From positions 2,519 through 66,518 of the forward strand of contig DWUT01000013.1 in NCBI GenBank assembly GCA_019120615.1: a stretch of 64,000 nt of DNA, in the 5' to 3' direction. The position numbers and the translations under genes were made by a program. The DNA comes from Candidatus Mediterraneibacter norfolkensis. Its GTDB lineage: Bacteria; Bacillota; Clostridia; Lachnospirales; Lachnospiraceae. The number at the start of each line of letters is the position of its first letter. Within the stretch, counting starts at the first letter, position 1. Of the stretch, positions 62,266 through 64,000 are shown in pieces. The notes under the pieces are model-generated. The model was not told the DNA's origin. It searched no databases and was given only the letters and a program-made list of their open reading frames with translations.

Positions 62266-64000
62266 TTACAATGTCGCCTCCAGATTCTGATCTGTTATAT
62301 ACCTCTGAAGCGCCTCCGAAAGTTTTGTGTATTCCGGTCTTTTCAGTTCGGGATCCTCTCTCAGGATCCGTCCGGCGGCTTCCGCCGCCTGTTTGAGGAT
62401 CACAGAATCCTGGAACACATCACCCAGCTTAAAGTCCATGATCCCGCTCTGCCGGATGCCGAAAAGATCGCCGGGTCCCCGGAGACGGAGATCCTCACCC
62501 GCGATAAAGAAGCCGTCGTTGGAATGGTTCAGGATATCAAGCCTCTCTTTCGTCTCATCCGACTTTGAACCGGTCATAAAGATACAGTACGACTGATATT
62601 TTCCTCTTCCCACTCTCCCCCGAAGCTGGTGAAGCTGTGCAAGTCCGAATCGCTCCGCGTTTTCGATCATGATCACCGTGGCGTTTGGCACATCGATCCC
62701 CACCTCCACAACGGTCGTCGAGACCAGGATCTGTATTTCATTTTTTCCGAATGCCTCCATGATCTCATCCTTTTCCTGCTGTTTCATCCTTCCATGAAGA
62801 CATCCTACCTTTACAGTATCCCCCATAACCTCCGAGAGCATCTCCGAATAATCCAGAACATTTTCCGCCTCCAGAGCCTCGCTCTCCTCCACCATAGGAC
62901 AGATCACATAGCACTGTCTGCCTTCCCCGACCTGCTTTTTCATAAAGCTGTATGCTTTCTTTCGATAACCTGTGTCTACAACGCAGTTCTTGATGGGAAG
63001 CCGGTTCTTCGGCATCTCGTCGATCACCGAGATGTCCAGATCGCCGTAGAGGATGATCGCCAGAGTCCTCGGGATCGGAGTCGCGCTCATCACAAGGATA
63101 TGAGGCATACTTCCTTTCCCAGCCAGCGCCTCCCTCTGTTTTACGCCGAACCGATGCTGCTCGTCTGTCACCACCAGCGCCAGATTCCGGTAAACCACCT
63201 TGTCCTGGATCAGGGCATGGGTCCCGATCACGATCGAGACCTCCCCACATTCGATCCTTTCGTACGCCTCCCGTTTCTGTTTTGCCGTCATAGATCCTGT
63301 GAGAAGTTCAGCTCTCAGAGGAAGGCCATACTCTGAGAGCATGCCGGATATATTTTCAAAATGCTGTCTTGCCAGCACTTCCGTCGGAGCCATCAGCGCC
63401 CCCTGATACCCGTTCAGTCCTGCCAGAAGAAGCGCGAGAAATGCGATCACCGTCTTTCCGGATCCCACATCCCCCTGGACAAGTCTGGACATGACAAACT
63501 CTCCCTGCATGTCAGACCGGATTTCTTTCCAGACTTTCTGCTGAGCTCCGGTAAGGCTGTACGGAAGCGCTTCCAGAAAGCGTTCGATCTCAGGCCGGTC
63601 AGCCATTGCAAAGGAGTTGACCATCCGGTCATCCCTGTCCTTCAGCTTTCTCAGAGAGAGCGTAAAGACAAGAAATTCCTCGAAAACAAATCGCTTCCTC
63701 GCCTCAGAAAACTCTGCTTTATTTTCCGGAAAATGCATTTTCTTTACCGCTGTCTCATAAGGCATGAAATGATACTTCTCCGCCAGAGACTGAGGGAGGA
63801 TATCCATCCTGTCGCTTGCATGCTCCAGCGCCTGTCTGACCGACTTGATCACCGCGTTGTTTGTCAGTCCCGCTGTCAGTGTGTACGCCGGCTGCATGGA
63901 ATCTTTCTTTTCTTCGTATTTGGACGCCGGATAATAGATCTCCGGATGTTCCATTACCAGCCCATCCCGCTTTCGGAGCACACGTCCCCGCAAGGTAAGC
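62266..64000 (-). CDS. recG: ATP-dependent DNA helicase RecG, C-terminal ~577 codons; the N-terminus lies beyond the window end
   Basis: The frame stays open to the window edge, and the TTG start used by the ORF track at 63993 is an artefact. Helicase motifs GDVGSGKT, DEQHRFG, MSATPIPRT and QLRGRVGRG are present. Confidence 0.9.
   Translation of the reverse strand, partial: LTLRGRVLRKRDGLVMEHPEIYYPASKYEEKKDSMQPAYTLTAGLTNNAVIKSVRQALEHASDRMDILPQSLAEKYHFMPYETAVKKMHFPENKAEFSEARKRFVFEEFLVFTLSLRKLKDRDDRMVNSFAMADRPEIERFLEALPYSLTGAQQKVWKEIRSDMQGEFVMSRLVQGDVGSGKTVIAFLALLLAGLNGYQGALMAPTEVLARQHFENISGMLSEYGLPLRAELLTGSMTAKQKREAYERIECGEVSIVIGTHALIQDKVVYRNLALVVTDEQHRFGVKQREALAGKGSMPHILVMSATPIPRTLAIILYGDLDISVIDEMPKNRLPIKNCVVDTGYRKKAYSFMKKQVGEGRQCYVICPMVEESEALEAENVLDYSEMLSEVMGDTVKVGCLHGRMKQQEKDEIMEAFGKNEIQILVSTTVVEVGIDVPNATVIMIENAERFGLAQLHQLRGRVGRGKYQSYCIFMTGSKSDETKERLDILNHSNDGFFIAGEDLRLRGPGDLFGIRQSGIMDFKLGDVFQDSVILKQAAEAAGRILREDPELKRPEYTKLSEALQRYITDQNLEATL

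Noticed and set aside
1-64000. Scan for tRNA or rRNA genes, CRISPR arrays, transposases, integrases, phage genes and known defence-system genes
   Set aside because: Nothing recognisable was found. Intergenic gaps are short (at most about 325 nt) and are accounted for by promoters, terminators or the repeats reported above.

Overview
This window looks like a motile, spore-forming Firmicute of the Clostridia, probably Lachnospiraceae-like. The evidence is Bacillus-type chemotaxis genes (CheC/CheD/CheV/FliY) plus RecU, YlbJ and an alpha/beta SASP. About 45% of the window (1-28772, all minus strand) is one large flagellar/chemotaxis gene train: flgB-fliE-fliF-fliG-fliH-fliI-fliJ-fliK-flgD-(flagellar operon protein)-flgE-flbD-motA-motB-fliM-cheY-flgC-fliY-fliO-fliP-fliQ-fliR-flhB-flhA-sigD-flgF-flgG-cheC-cheD-cheV. 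It is followed by a degenerate EAL-HDOD protein, an orphan ParA-like ATPase, a ComFB-domain protein and fliD. fliD is open at the window edge and is missing from the ORF track. Next come a divergent MCP gene, a minus-strand pair (482-aa unknown protein plus a stand-alone FlhB C-terminal-domain protein) and a plus-strand cheA-cheW-cheR-cheB operon. The rest is an amino-acid ABC transporter with an M20 amidohydrolase, an Agr-like LytTR two-component system, a small accessory-looking stretch (pgsA-like, small membrane protein, AbrB/MazE-like protein), a his operon (hisZ-G-D-B plus a HisF-like::HisIE fusion) and housekeeping genes (recU, pseudouridine synthases, ygiQ, rsmF-like, coaD, rsmD, SASP, partial recG). 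I saw no tRNA, rRNA, CRISPR array, transposase or integrase. The most unusual item is the three-gene tail of the flagellar train (catalytically degenerate EAL-HDOD, ParA without ParB, ComFB-like putative cyclic-dinucleotide receptor), combined with the absence of flhF/flhG at their usual place. I read it as a candidate second-messenger-responsive positioning or regulatory module for motility. Other notable points are a displaced flgC, a FliK-C-like/FlhB-CC-like gene pair, a 30-nt motif shared by the mcp and cheA upstream regions, LytTR-type direct repeats between divergent promoters, and a degenerate HisF-like domain fused to HisIE. All functional calls come from by-eye motif recognition, without database searches. 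Motif comparisons to reference proteins are from memory and need alignment to confirm.
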